DNA of 64,000 bases, taken from assembly GCF_009914755.1 (NCBI RefSeq), contig NC_060938.1. One strand, written 5' to 3'. Made by a program: the position numbers and the translations under genes. Of this stretch, positions 1 through 13,590 are shown piece after piece. Under the pieces are notes generated by a model. The model searched no databases. It was given only the letters and a program-made list of their open reading frames with translations, and was not told where the DNA came from. The DNA comes from the human T2T-CHM13v2.0 reference genome, Homo sapiens. Position 1 is the first letter of the stretch; the number at the start of each line of letters is the position of its first letter.

Positions 1-318
1 AGGAAATCTGGATGTAAACCTGGACTTGACACTTGCTATTTAATCCTAGGTGGACTTACAGTTTCTGGCTACTACTGGTGGAAAATGATGGGCTCAGACA
101 AGGTATTCTTTATAATTTACAGTTTTAAATTGTCAATATTGAATTCTTCATGCAGGCTGAGTCACTTGGTAGAGCTTTATGAAGAGGGCACAGTGGTTTG
201 TTTAGGGCAAGCCTGTTTCCTTCTGTTAATATAAGAAGGAAACAGTTTGTGGGCAGGTGCCAGTTACTCTTGAATTCCAGGCCTAAAATCCAGGCCTAAA
301 TAAGAAAATAATGGCAGG

Positions 319-650
<332 letters not shown>

Positions 651-866
651 TCAAAGTGACATGACTACCATAGCATTTTTAAAAAGTTAAAGTTAATTAT
701 CAATAAATACTTTTTCTCTCACTGTATCCATATCCACAGGATATAGAAATTCATGCCTGCGCTGGACTGCAGAAGTGGTACACAGGCTATAAGGGAGCCT
801 TTTTTCTTTTATATTTTCAAAGTAGTTTTTCTACCATAAATTTTGTAACCACTAGCCCAGTATTGA

Positions 867-1885
<1,019 letters not shown>

Positions 1886-1936
1886 GACCACTCCTTTACC
1901 TCTCTATGCTCTTTCTTCATTCGTAAAATGGAGATA

Positions 1937-2950
1937 CAGTTAACCCTTGAATAATGCAGCGATTGTGGCACCAAAACTCCCACCCTGAATGCAGTTGAAT
2001 ATTTGAGTATAACTTTTGATTCCTCCAGAACTTGACTAATAGCCTACTGTTTACCAGGAGCCTTACTGATAACATGAACAGTGAATGAACACATAGTTTG
2101 TATGTTACATGTATTATATAGTGTGTTCTTACAGTAAGTAAACTAATGAAGAGAAAATGTTATTAAGAAAATCATCAGGAAGATACATTTGCAGTACTTT
2201 ACTGTATTTGTCAGTACTGTAAATTTACTTCATCTGTCTGACGTGGCAGGCAACTGCAGCTGCAGACTTCAGTCCATGGTACAGATCAAACAATCCAACT
2301 CTTTCTTATAAAATCCTGACTTTGCTTCTTGGGAGCACTTTTAGCATCACTAGTGGCACTTCATATGGGTCCCATGGTGTTATTTGGGGTTAACGTATTT
2401 TACTAAGCGTGAAAAATACACCAGAACCACGAGAGGTCACTTTTTTACTCTGACATGAAGTTTGTCAGAGAGAGGAACTGCTCACCTGGAGAGGATTAGT
2501 TTTTAATCAGAGAATTGTAATACTTGAGCTCACCGCAATAGCAGCAGGATATGGCTATGAAATTATTTTAGGAATACAGTATGTATTACAATTAATTGTA
2601 TGCAGTTATGATTGAATATTACGTCTTTACATTTGTTTACATTTCTCTCAGCTGCAGACCGCACCGTTTATGATCTTTCTGTGCATAAGTTGTGATACAT
2701 TTTAGCTCCTTAAGTAGATTTATGTATTTTCTATGGTAGTAAATGATAAAATAGACTAATATCTTACATGTATTTTCTGCATTCATGACATTCCTTACTT
2801 TTTACTGATTTTTTTTTCTATATTTCTAGGCTATGTAGTTTTTTCAAATTGTCACAGTTCTCCAAAATATTTTTTAGTGTATTTATTGAAAAAAAATCTA
2901 CAGATAAGTGGCCTTCCCTGTTCAAACCTGTGTTGTTCAAGGGTCAGCTG
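1937..2950. mobile_element. Tigger2-family DNA transposon (Tigger2b-like) inserted into a MIR
   Basis: TIRs CAGTTAACCCTTGAATAA...TTGTTCAAGGGTCAGCTG flanked by TA (1935-36, 2951-52); MIR core sequence continues on both sides. Confidence 0.85.
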
Positions 2951-4584
2951 TACTCCTGGGGTGCTGGTGAGGACTGAAGGAGAGGAATGAGCATGTGTGA
3001 GGAAACGAAATGGGTGACAGAGTCCTGCTGTCTTAGATCCCTTGAGGGAGAGAGGTTATGCTCAGAGATAACGGTACAGTCAGACAGACAGAGGAACCAT
3101 ATGCAGTCTGTATTTAAGGACATGCTAAGGCAATGTGGAGTAATTTTAATGTTTTTCTTTTACGTTCTAGGTTCTTGGGTGGTATTTCAAAATCTGCTAA
3201 GGGAAATATGCTTACTGTTGATATCAATCATGATTAATAATAGTTTGGATATTATGTTCACCCATTGTTCTTATGCTCCTTTCTACTTTTTTCCTAAGCT
3301 AAATTTAAACGTGTTTTTTCAAGTGCAGTTTCTTAAATTCTTTTTGGAACATAAATATTCAAATAAGAAAACTGCACTATCCTTAATAAAGCCATTTGTG
3401 GTGTTCCTTCCTACTGAGCCCCTTCCCGTTTCCTACATACTTGTCTTCTTTTTCCAGTTAGATAATAGAGACTTGAGGATAGAGATGGCGCCGTGTCACT
3501 GACAGTGACTGTCTCAAATCGCCAATGTTAGCAGCCTGAAAATTTGTCTTAGAGATGCAGATTCTCTGCTGCGTTTTTTACAGAGTTCATTATATGTGGA
3601 TCAAAGGCAATTTTCATGGCTTATCTAATGTAAATCTGACTTCATCGCTTTCTCTTCTGCCCTCAAAGAAGAAAATCAGTACTACCAGGTTCTTCTTCCC
3701 CAGTATGCGATTCCTTGAGCCACTGATACCACGTAGCACTTTAGTAAAGCTCTCCAGGGTGTTGGTGTGAGTCCACATAGAGACATTCTTCAGATTTAGC
3801 CTCAATCCTGCAGAAGGAGGACTGTGAAAAGGACAGAATATACGTAGGAAAGTAGATGCTTCCCAGGAAAGGGGAACTAATGATGGCAACCTGTGCTCTG
3901 CGTAGGTACCCTCATCTGATTTTCCTAGGTCACTACAGTCTTGGGAGGGGACAAGGTGAAGGCTGCTGGGCACAAGGGAACTTTTATGTCAATATTAAAT
4001 ATAAGGAAAGCATCTGTAAATGAGGAGATATAAGCAATTGTGTTAATCATCTATGTGAAATAATTATTCAAATCCTATAAATACTGCTAATCTTATAATC
4101 TTTAGTACTCTCTACTTTATACAGCCTTCTGTGATTTCATTTTAATTAGGGGATTTAGCACAAGAACATCTTACAGGAAGGACCTGACATCTGTTGGATT
4201 TTTACTTTTTTTGGTGATTTGAATGGCTGGAGGTTTAACAAAGTATAGTATCTTAGAATTAGTATTTAAACGTGTGGTCATCATACTGCATTCCCAGATC
4301 ATATTTTATATTTTTAGCAACAGAAAGATGGCTTTTTTTCTCATAAGTTTTGTTTCTGATTATGAAGGTGACACATGTTCATTTCAGAAAATAAAAAATA
4401 TAAATAAAAAAACAGAAATTACTCATAATCAAAAGACAAACATTGTCAGTCCTTTGGTGAACTAACTTTGCCCTTTTAATCTGTCTGCCTGCCTGCCTGT
4501 CTATCTGTCTATCTATAACATATCAAAATTTGTAATGTATTTTCAGTTTTTTATCCTGTATTCTTCTGAAATATGGGCCTGTTT

Positions 4585-4982
<398 letters not shown>

Positions 4983-5579
4983 AGGACAAGCACTTACCCC
5001 GTGTGCTGGATACTTACTGGTTGTCCCGGGGCATCTATTTCTCACATTCCTCTTTCCCCAGATATATTTGGTAATAAGTTATTTAATACCAGATTTGATT
5101 TGATAATCAGTTGTTCAATTTACAGTATTGGGTGAATAAGTTTTTTTAATGTATTTTAAATGTATGACAGTTGTATTTTATCATACAATTATTATGATAA
5201 AAACACTCATTTACTTCTTCGGTCTCATCTGGTCTCTTGCTATCCTGATGGCAGGCATGGAAACTCTCAATGCCCCCAATAAGTTAGTGAGCTTTTGGTT
5301 TGTTTTCCTTTAAAGTGTTATTATAACTTATCACACCTCAAACACTATTTTCCTCTAATAATTCTGTTTCACTTTTACCTTTCTACTTACTACCTTTTAC
5401 TCCTTTTGCCCTTCCTACTTTAAGCTGTCCCAACTTAGGTCTTTGATATTTTATTATGTGCTTATTGCATGAGATTAGTCATATTTAAATGTAAGAGATA
5501 AACATTGACATGTACTTCTGTTCTCCTTCATTTTGCCAGCTGTTGCATCAATTTACTACTTACCAATTATTCCACCATG

Positions 5580-5868
5580 GGTTGGGTGCACTGGCTTACT
5601 CCTGTAATCTCAGCACTTTGGTAGGATCCCTTGAACCCAGGAGTTAAAGATCAGCCTGGGCAACATAGCAATACCCTGTTTCTACAAAAAATTTTAAAAA
5701 TTAACCAAGCATGGTGAGGCATGCTTGTAGTCCTAGCTACTCAAGAGGCCAAGGTGGGAGGATCACTTGAGCCTGGGAGTTCAAGGCTGCAGTGAGCCAT
5801 GATCATACAACCAAACACCAGCCTGGGTGACAGAGCAAGACCCTGTCTCAAATAGTAATAATAATAAT
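5580..5868 (+). mobile_element. AluJ with (AAT)n tail
   Basis: Diverged Alu dimer; TSD ATTATTCCACCA on both sides. Confidence 0.92.
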
Positions 5869-6674
5869 ATTATTATTCCACCACGTAACTTGTTCCCGCA
5901 TTCTTTATCATTCTTCTGCCCTCAAGCTTTCTGCCAAACTTTTGTGTTCTTTCCTTCACCTTCAGCTATACAAACTATATTCAAGCTTAACAAAACCTTA
6001 GAAGCGTAACTTTCTTCACTGAACTTTTTTAGCTACGAGGGTGAGTGGGAGGGAAATGTGATTTTCCTTTTTGATCCTTCCTGTGTCCAAACAGGCACAT
6101 TTTAAGTTGCTTTCTTATCTCTAAATTCAAATACAGCTTTATCATGTTACATGTTTTGTATCTATAACTTTTCTATTCACTTTGTTAATTTTACCAAAAG
6201 TTTTTTTGACTCGACTTTGTTTCCATCAGTGTTGTCTCTTTCAGAGAGTGAACATTAGGAGAGCAGGAACTAGATTTATCAACTGTTTTTCTCAACTCTT
6301 CCTGCTTTTTGTTGAAGGGAGAATACAGAAATGAAAGGAGGTAGAAATTCCATTCTAAAAAGTTTTACGCTGATTCATAAATCTTAAATTATCCATGACA
6401 TTGCACTAAGATGTGTTTCAGGCTAACTTGAAAGAGTGAGCCATCCCTTCTGTCTGAGATGCAACTTTTATGTAATGTGAGTGGAATTCAGGAAAGCCAA
6501 GAAGGGATGTAAAGAAAATAGTTTGCCTTATTTGATTATCTTAGCTCATCTAATATTCAAGTACTGTGAAGTTATATTTCTGTTTTTAAATAGTGTTTTA
6601 TTACATTCTGAAGTAAGAATATTTACAGGCATTCTAAGTCTGTGTTTACAAGTTCAAAAACTATTTCTATTTTT

Positions 6675-6807
6675 TTGTTGTTTGTTTAAGAGCCTGGGTA
6701 TTACCATGTTACCTAGGCTGGTCTCAAATTCTTGGGCTCAAGCCATCTGCCTGCCTTGGCCTTCTAAAGTGCTGGGATTACAGGCACAAGGCACTGTGCT
6801 GGGCCTG
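6675..6807 (-). mobile_element. FLAM/Alu monomer
   Basis: Single left-arm Alu sequence. Confidence 0.85.
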
Positions 6808-9659
6808 GAAATTTTCATAAATACTTCTGAAGTGTATATCTCTGAATTATTGGGGCATTTGAATAGTTATTCATCAGCACAGTTCCTTCTACTGCCCTGA
6901 AACATTGAGAGCTGGCGTTGTATTTTAGGCTGTACCAGTTAAAGAATCTGAGAAGATCTTATTTTGGAATGTGGAAGTATTTTATGAGGAACGCTACATC
7001 TTTCTGGTGACCCTACCATATTGCACTGTAATTCTTTCACAACAGGAACTGTAGTGTTCCCCCAACCCCACCCCCTTCCCACATCTTCTTCTTGTAACCT
7101 TTAAACTGCTCTTTATGCCCTTGGCACGATGTTGTTTCTTTCATTCTATTCCTTGAATTAGGAATAGAATGTGCTCCCTTCCTTACCACTTAATCATTTC
7201 TTGAAAAAAAATTTTTTTCATTATTCTGCTTGTTGGTTATTTCATTGTAAAATAGGTAAATAAAGAAGATGTCAAATGAGCACCTACCTCTATTTTATCT
7301 GAAGTTTAGTGGAGAAGATCATGACCAGAGATTTGGAGGTAACAGCATAGAGATGATATTTAAAGCTGCAGGCACCTACAGTATCAACAGACAGAGTACT
7401 GGTTGCCATGCAGATTTCCAGCCAGTAACTTAATTATTCTGCCTTTGTTCAGCTGCACAGACAAATGTGAGCCAGCCCAATCAACACTCTGCTTTCCACA
7501 GTGATATTATTACTCCAGTGGACCCATGCTTCTGTCTCATCCTAATACACTCAGTGCTCACATGCATCCTGATAGAAATACCTTTTATACCCCTTTCCAG
7601 AAATATGAAAAATGTCAAGAGAGATAAACCATAGACACCACCTTTTCAATGGACCCCAACTAAAGACTGAGTAGTGGGCAAAAAGAGGCAAGAGAAAATG
7701 AAGAAGCACATGGTTATCACAGAGGTCCAGAAAAGAGAGGTTCAGGATGGAGGATGGGTTCAGGAGTACAGATGCTTCACAGAGCCAGAATGACAAGGGA
7801 TTTTTGGCAATCAAGAGATCCCATAAGAGGTTCTGCTTTCAGCATTCTCAGGGACTTGATATTCTAAATGGCTGACCTACTGTGGTACAATTAGTCCCAG
7901 CAGGAGATTGTAAGCTCTGTTATTAAAGAGCTTACAATCAAAATGGAAAGTGTATAGGAAGGAGGCATGACCCATGCATCCCCCGTCATCTTCTTACTTG
8001 TCTGTGTCTCCCTGCTACACCTGGAGCTTTCCTTGAAGGAGGGACTGGTGGATGTATGGTCCATGCTCTGAAGACACTACAGAAACACAGGGGGTGATTT
8101 GGATGAGAGGAGGAAGCATTTCTTCTGGAAGAATGGTGGGTTAGGTTGTGAGAGATCTTGAGTGATGAAAAGACTTTCAACTAGTTGAATTGAACTCATT
8201 GAACTAAACTGTGGGCCCTCTAGATGGAATTAGTATTCTAGCTACCTGGATCTACCATAGACTTAGATAGTATCTAGAGCTGTAAAATTAAACATGTAAT
8301 AAGGAAAATTTTTATATAGCCTGCTCTTTCAACAGATGGAGGTGACATGCTGTGAATTCGTATTGCTCTTCTGTTTAATTCTATTGCTTTTTACCATATT
8401 GGTACTTAGGCAGGTTTGCTGATATTTAAGAGAGTTGCTGATCATTGTCAACATAGGTTTGCTGTTTCAGTCAACCCTAAGGAATAGATGTGAAGGTATT
8501 ATTGATCTGTCATCATATGATACACATCGATGGACAGCATTATTTTTGACTGGTAGTTTAATAAGTGCAAAGCATGTATATTTCCATATATGCTAGTCAG
8601 TGCCCAAAGTTTATATTGTACCCCAAAGGGGTTTGATGCTATAAATAAGAATGAGAAAAGGGAGGGAGGGAGGGAGGGAGATGGAAAATGAGAGGGAGAA
8701 AAAAAAAACATAGAAAAGGAAGGTCCTTATGACTGAAAAAAAATCTGTTATTTAACATAATTGCCCATCTCGAACCTCATCAGTTTTTACAAGCCATTAA
8801 AACGTGGCTTCTCTCTCTCCCATGTGCTTATTTATATTTTGAAATGAAAAGAAAACATTGAGTCGTTGTTATATAATGTAATGGGAGTCTTGAAATTTCT
8901 TTTGAATTGGTAAGAAATTTTTATATTTAAAAATAAGATTTTATAAACTCATTAAAAATATTGGAAGTATATGAGATGGTTTGGAAGAGAAATACTGATG
9001 GTGGAGACTGAGCATTTCCAAGTCAGTTTTATTTCTTGTATTTTACTGCCAGCTTTTAGTTTCCTCCTCTAATGGAAATAACTTCACATATCCTGGGAAA
9101 GACAGCTCTGCAGTAAAGTATTTTCTAAGGCACATGAAATGTGGCAAGAGTTTTTATCATGGTGGGATTGGTGTGTTGTCCTTTTAGAGAATGAATGTTT
9201 GGGGAATGAAAGATGATTTATTTGGATTTCTGTGAGGTTGTGAGAAATGTTGAAAGCATCTAATTTTTATAAAATCTACTTTAGAAGTATTATTTATGCT
9301 ATGTAGAGTATTCATTGAAATAATCAGCTTTTGGGGAGATGTTGAACAGGTGTTTGCATTTTGGTTCAGTTGTTCAATTTTCCTTCCATTTTATGAGAAT
9401 CACTTCTTGAACCTTTGCTATGGCCATATATGCTGTCCTTTGATATCCTCGGAAGCAACAGTTAGCATGTTTTGTCACTTGAAGGGTTATCATTGAAAGA
9501 GGAACATGTAAAGTTCTGGAATGTAAAGGGAATAATAGCAGTCTGACAGTAGAAGTATCTAGAAAGCTCAAAAGCCATGTTTAATTAGGTAGCAGTGCAA
9601 AACTATTATCCCTTTTACAAAAGATGGTGAAGAGGAGTGCTAGTGAAAACAAATGGCAT

Positions 9660-9897
9660 TTATCTGAATGGCTCCACAGACTCAGCCAGCACGAGCCCAG
9701 CCAGAGCTCGCCTCACCCTGCATTCTGCAGGCAGCATGCATTTTTTTTTTTTTTTTTTGAAACACCCCTACATGTTCCAGCCTTTAAATAGCAGCGAGTC
9801 TTCTAAAGTGATGCTGTGTGCTGCAAGAGAAATGAAAGCGCCTGCCTTGGAGGCAGGAAGCCGACTAGGGAGATGCTTAATTATCGTGGAAGTAAGT
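9660..9897 (+). promoter_or_regulatory. Putative internal promoter and short alternative first exon of SIPA1L1
   Basis: Non-repetitive and locally CpG-retaining; TATA/MEF2-like CTTTAAATAG at 9782-9791; donor GAA|gtaagt at 9891/9892, about 1.2 kb upstream of the large exon's acceptor. Confidence 0.5.
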
Positions 9898-11085
9898 GCT
9901 TGTTACCATTGAGTGGAGAGTGCAGCAAGTGCAGGTCGTCCTCCGGTGTCAGAGCCGTGATTTGTAGACAATGCCGCCCTGTCAGCTCAGTGCTGGTTCA
10001 GCAGCATCTTTCCAAACATGTATTTGGCAAGAATTTAAAGGCCACCTCTTGTGTAATTTGTGGAGTCTTGGAAAAGGAGCCTCTGCCTTTCTTTTCAGAA
10101 TGTACGCAACCATGCAGAATTTTGTACTCAGAATCTGTGTCTCCTGCCTTCTGCCTGACGTGCTCATGAGGAAGTTTGTTTCCATGCCCGTCACCTGGAA
10201 GGATGCTAACAGTTCTCTGTAATCTGTTGGGGATATGGAGAGGGCCACCCAGAGCTGTGTTTTGTTTCTGCCGTCTTCATAAATTAGCACTGATGGGGTG
10301 GAGTAGGTTGTACTGCATGAGGAAATGCAGGCATTTTGTTCATTAGTGAGATACTTCTAGCTTTTAAGAGTACAAGAAACTAAGGAGAGCTTGGGAAGAG
10401 GTGGTGGTGAATGCTGGATTCATTCTGCAATATCCTCGTCTCGGTAAGTAATAAAGTAGAGGAAAATACAAAAGAGTGCTAATGGATATAATGGCTCTGG
10501 GAAAACTCTTTTTATTTATTTTTTCCTGCTGTATTTGTTTTTGCCAACTATGTTAAGCCTTTGTAAGGAAACAAAAAACATGTATTGATTTTGGAATAGA
10601 GGAGTTAAAAAGTGATTGTTGCAGCATATTCAGTAAAGTCATTTTTCAGTTTTTACTTTTGTCAAAAAACTCTGTTGCTCTAATTATCTTATTCACTTGG
10701 TTACATCTCAAACTTCTGGTCATCACAGTAGCTCATGATGTTCTACATTTTTAGAGGTCATTGGAGCAAAAGTCTGTACTTTGGGTAGGAGCCATGATAT
10801 CCAGAACAAGATGTACCCCTCCCCCTGCCCCCCATTTTATGAAACAGTTCAATTAAGATGAAGTCTTAATAGTTTTTTTTTTTAGAATATAAATTATGGA
10901 TTTTATCAAATGGTTTTTACTTTCTTCCTTTCTTTCAAACCTGCTTTACTAAAAATACGGATTGTGGAACTGTGAATCCTAATCCATTATTGAGTCTTTT
11001 ATCTTCATGTGTCTGGTTTTGACAATTGCATGTTTGTTTTTAGATGTATTTATCTGCTAATTCAAATTATCCTTTTCTCTTTTAG

Positions 11086-11387
11086 AGAAAGCATGGGATT
11101 ATGGCAACCACAGAATCTCAGTAGTACAAGTTCCATTCAGTTTTTTCTGAAAGAAAGCCCTCTGTTAAAGTGAAGCAAAGAAACTGTTGTGGATTATAAC
11201 GTTTAGAAGTTCCAATTTTTCAGTGCTTTACAAATAAAGCATCATTTAACCTTTTAAATGAAAAAGATTAAGATCTCATGCAACTGTTGTATTTTCTGGA
11301 AGCCATTCTCCAAAAGGGAAGTGCACATTTAAAACACAGATATGATGGTCCTTGCTGCAGGGATTTAAGTCTACTTGCTTTTACATC
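11086..11387 (+). other. SIPA1L1: 5' UTR part of the 1,800-nt SIPA1L1 exon
   Basis: Acceptor ccttttctcttttag|ag at 11085/11086 with a branch-like gctaat at 11056-11061. Confidence 0.85.
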
Positions 11388-11391
11388 ATGA
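11278..11391 (+). other. 37-codon uORF whose TGA overlaps the main ATG (ATGA)
   Basis: Manual translation: [40 protein letters not shown] at 11389-11391. Confidence 0.7.
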
Positions 11392-12885
11392 CCAGCTTGA
11401 AACGGTCACAGACAGAAAGGCCTCTTGCCACTGACAGGGCCTCTGTTGTTGGCACAGACGGCACCCCCAAAGTCCACACTGATGATTTCTACATGCGGCG
11501 CTTCCGGTCCCAAAATGGCAGCTTAGGATCATCAGTTATGGCTCCTGTAGGACCCCCCCGAAGTGAAGGTTCTCACCATATAACCTCAACCCCCGGAGTC
11601 CCAAAAATGGGGGTAAGGGCAAGGATTGCAGATTGGCCCCCAAGAAAGGAAAACATAAAAGAATCTAGCCGTTCAAGCCAGGAAATAGAAACCTCAAGTT
11701 GCCTTGATAGCCTGTCCTCCAAAAGCAGTCCTGTGAGTCAGGGAAGTTCTGTTAGCCTCAATTCCAATGACTCAGCCATGCTGAAAAGCATACAGAACAC
11801 GCTGAAAAACAAGACAAGACCGTCGGAGAACATGGACTCCAGATTTCTCATGCCTGAAGCCTACCCCAGCTCCCCCAGAAAAGCTCTTCGCAGAATACGC
11901 CAGCGAAGCAACAGTGATATCACCATAAGTGAACTTGATGTGGATAGCTTTGATGAATGTATCTCACCTACATACAAGACTGGACCATCACTGCACAGGG
12001 AATATGGTAGCACATCTTCAATTGATAAACAGGGAACATCTGGAGAAAGCTTTTTTGATTTGTTAAAGGGCTACAAAGATGACAAATCTGATCGAGGTCC
12101 AACTCCAACCAAGCTCAGTGACTTTCTCATTACTGGTGGTGGCAAGGGTTCTGGTTTCTCTTTGGATGTAATAGACGGGCCTATCTCACAGAGAGAGAAC
12201 CTCAGGCTTTTTAAGGAAAGGGAAAAACCACTCAAGCGACGTTCAAAATCTGAAACTGGAGACTCCTCTATTTTTCGTAAATTGCGCAATGCCAAAGGTG
12301 AAGAACTTGGGAAGTCATCAGATCTTGAAGATAACCGATCAGAAGACTCTGTCAGGCCCTGGACATGTCCAAAGTGCTTTGCCCACTATGATGTCCAGAG
12401 TATATTATTTGATTTGAATGAGGCAATTATGAACAGGCACAATGTTATTAAGAGGAGAAACACCACCACTGGAGCTTCCGCAGCTGCCGTGGCATCCTTG
12501 GTCTCTGGACCTCTGTCTCATTCAGCCAGTTTTAGCTCCCCAATGGGCAGCACAGAGGACCTGAATTCCAAAGGAAGCCTCAGCATGGACCAGGGAGATG
12601 ATAAAAGCAATGAGCTTGTAATGAGCTGTCCATATTTTCGGAATGAGATAGGTGGAGAAGGGGAGAGGAAAATCAGCCTTTCAAAATCAAATTCTGGCTC
12701 CTTTAGTGGATGTGAAAGTGCCTCCTTTGAGTCTACCCTTAGTTCCCATTGCACAAATGCAGGAGTGGCAGTACTTGAAGTGCCCAAGGAGAACTTGGTG
12801 TTGCACCTAGATAGAGTGAAAAGATACATCGTGGAACACGTAGATCTGGGTGCATACTATTATAGAAAATTTTTCTACCAGAAGG
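11388..12885 (+). CDS. SIPA1L1: SIPA1L1 first coding exon, codons 1-499 plus 1 nt (Ser-rich N-terminal region)
   Basis: ORF from ATG 11388 reads [22 protein letters not shown]...[18 protein letters not shown], recognised as the SIPA1L1 N-terminus. Donor G|gtaagt at 12885/12886, phase 1. The track's TTG start at 11352 and its GK* ending are artefacts of ignoring splicing. Confidence 0.97.
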
Positions 12886-13536
12886 GTAAGTAGAGATCCT
12901 TTATTTCTTACATTTTCTTTTGCAGTACTTTCTGAAGAAAAGTACTGTATATTAAGATATTTATTAACAATGTGACATAAGATTTGCATGTCTTATCTTT
13001 CTTGATGGTAAAATAGCTAAATAACCATTTGCTCAATTTATTTCTTTTTGCATTTTTTGAGTTACTTTCTCCTTTCAGATATATAAATGTCTTGTATGTT
13101 AAATAGTACTTTTACAAATAAAAAGCCCCTTTGACTTAGCGATTGAAATTATAGTCTTTGTTGTACAGTAGATTTGCTGTGTCACCTTTAGGGATAAATA
13201 TACCAAGTTGAAAATATTTGAAATATAGCTGTTGTTTAAGGATTGCAAAACAGTTTTAATGCTACTTTCATTTTTTATCACTTCCACAGTAAGTACAGGA
13301 ATCATTTCTTTGCTGCTTCAATGTTGTCATCAGTAGGTGGTAATTATAATATATTCCTGTCCATTTACAGGAAGTATTGTGAAAACAAATTACATTATTT
13401 GACAAAAGTCACAGAGCCAATAAGTCTCAGTGCCAAGAATCAAATCTCGGTCTTTGAGTAGAAAAGGCACTGAAGAGAGAAGTACCTTTGACATAAGGGC
13501 CACTTCCTTTCTAATCTTTTCTTTGAGTGGGAGAGT

Positions 13537-13542
13537 AAAAAA

Positions 13543-13590
<48 letters not shown>

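Noticed and set aside
2987-3502. 171-aa ORF
   Set aside because: Starts in a MIR remnant, has the F/L/I-rich composition of T-rich intron DNA, and shows no recognisable domain.
12071-12829. Minus-strand ORFs over the large exon (and 47513-47923 over the third exon)
   Set aside because: Antisense shadows of the real coding frame.
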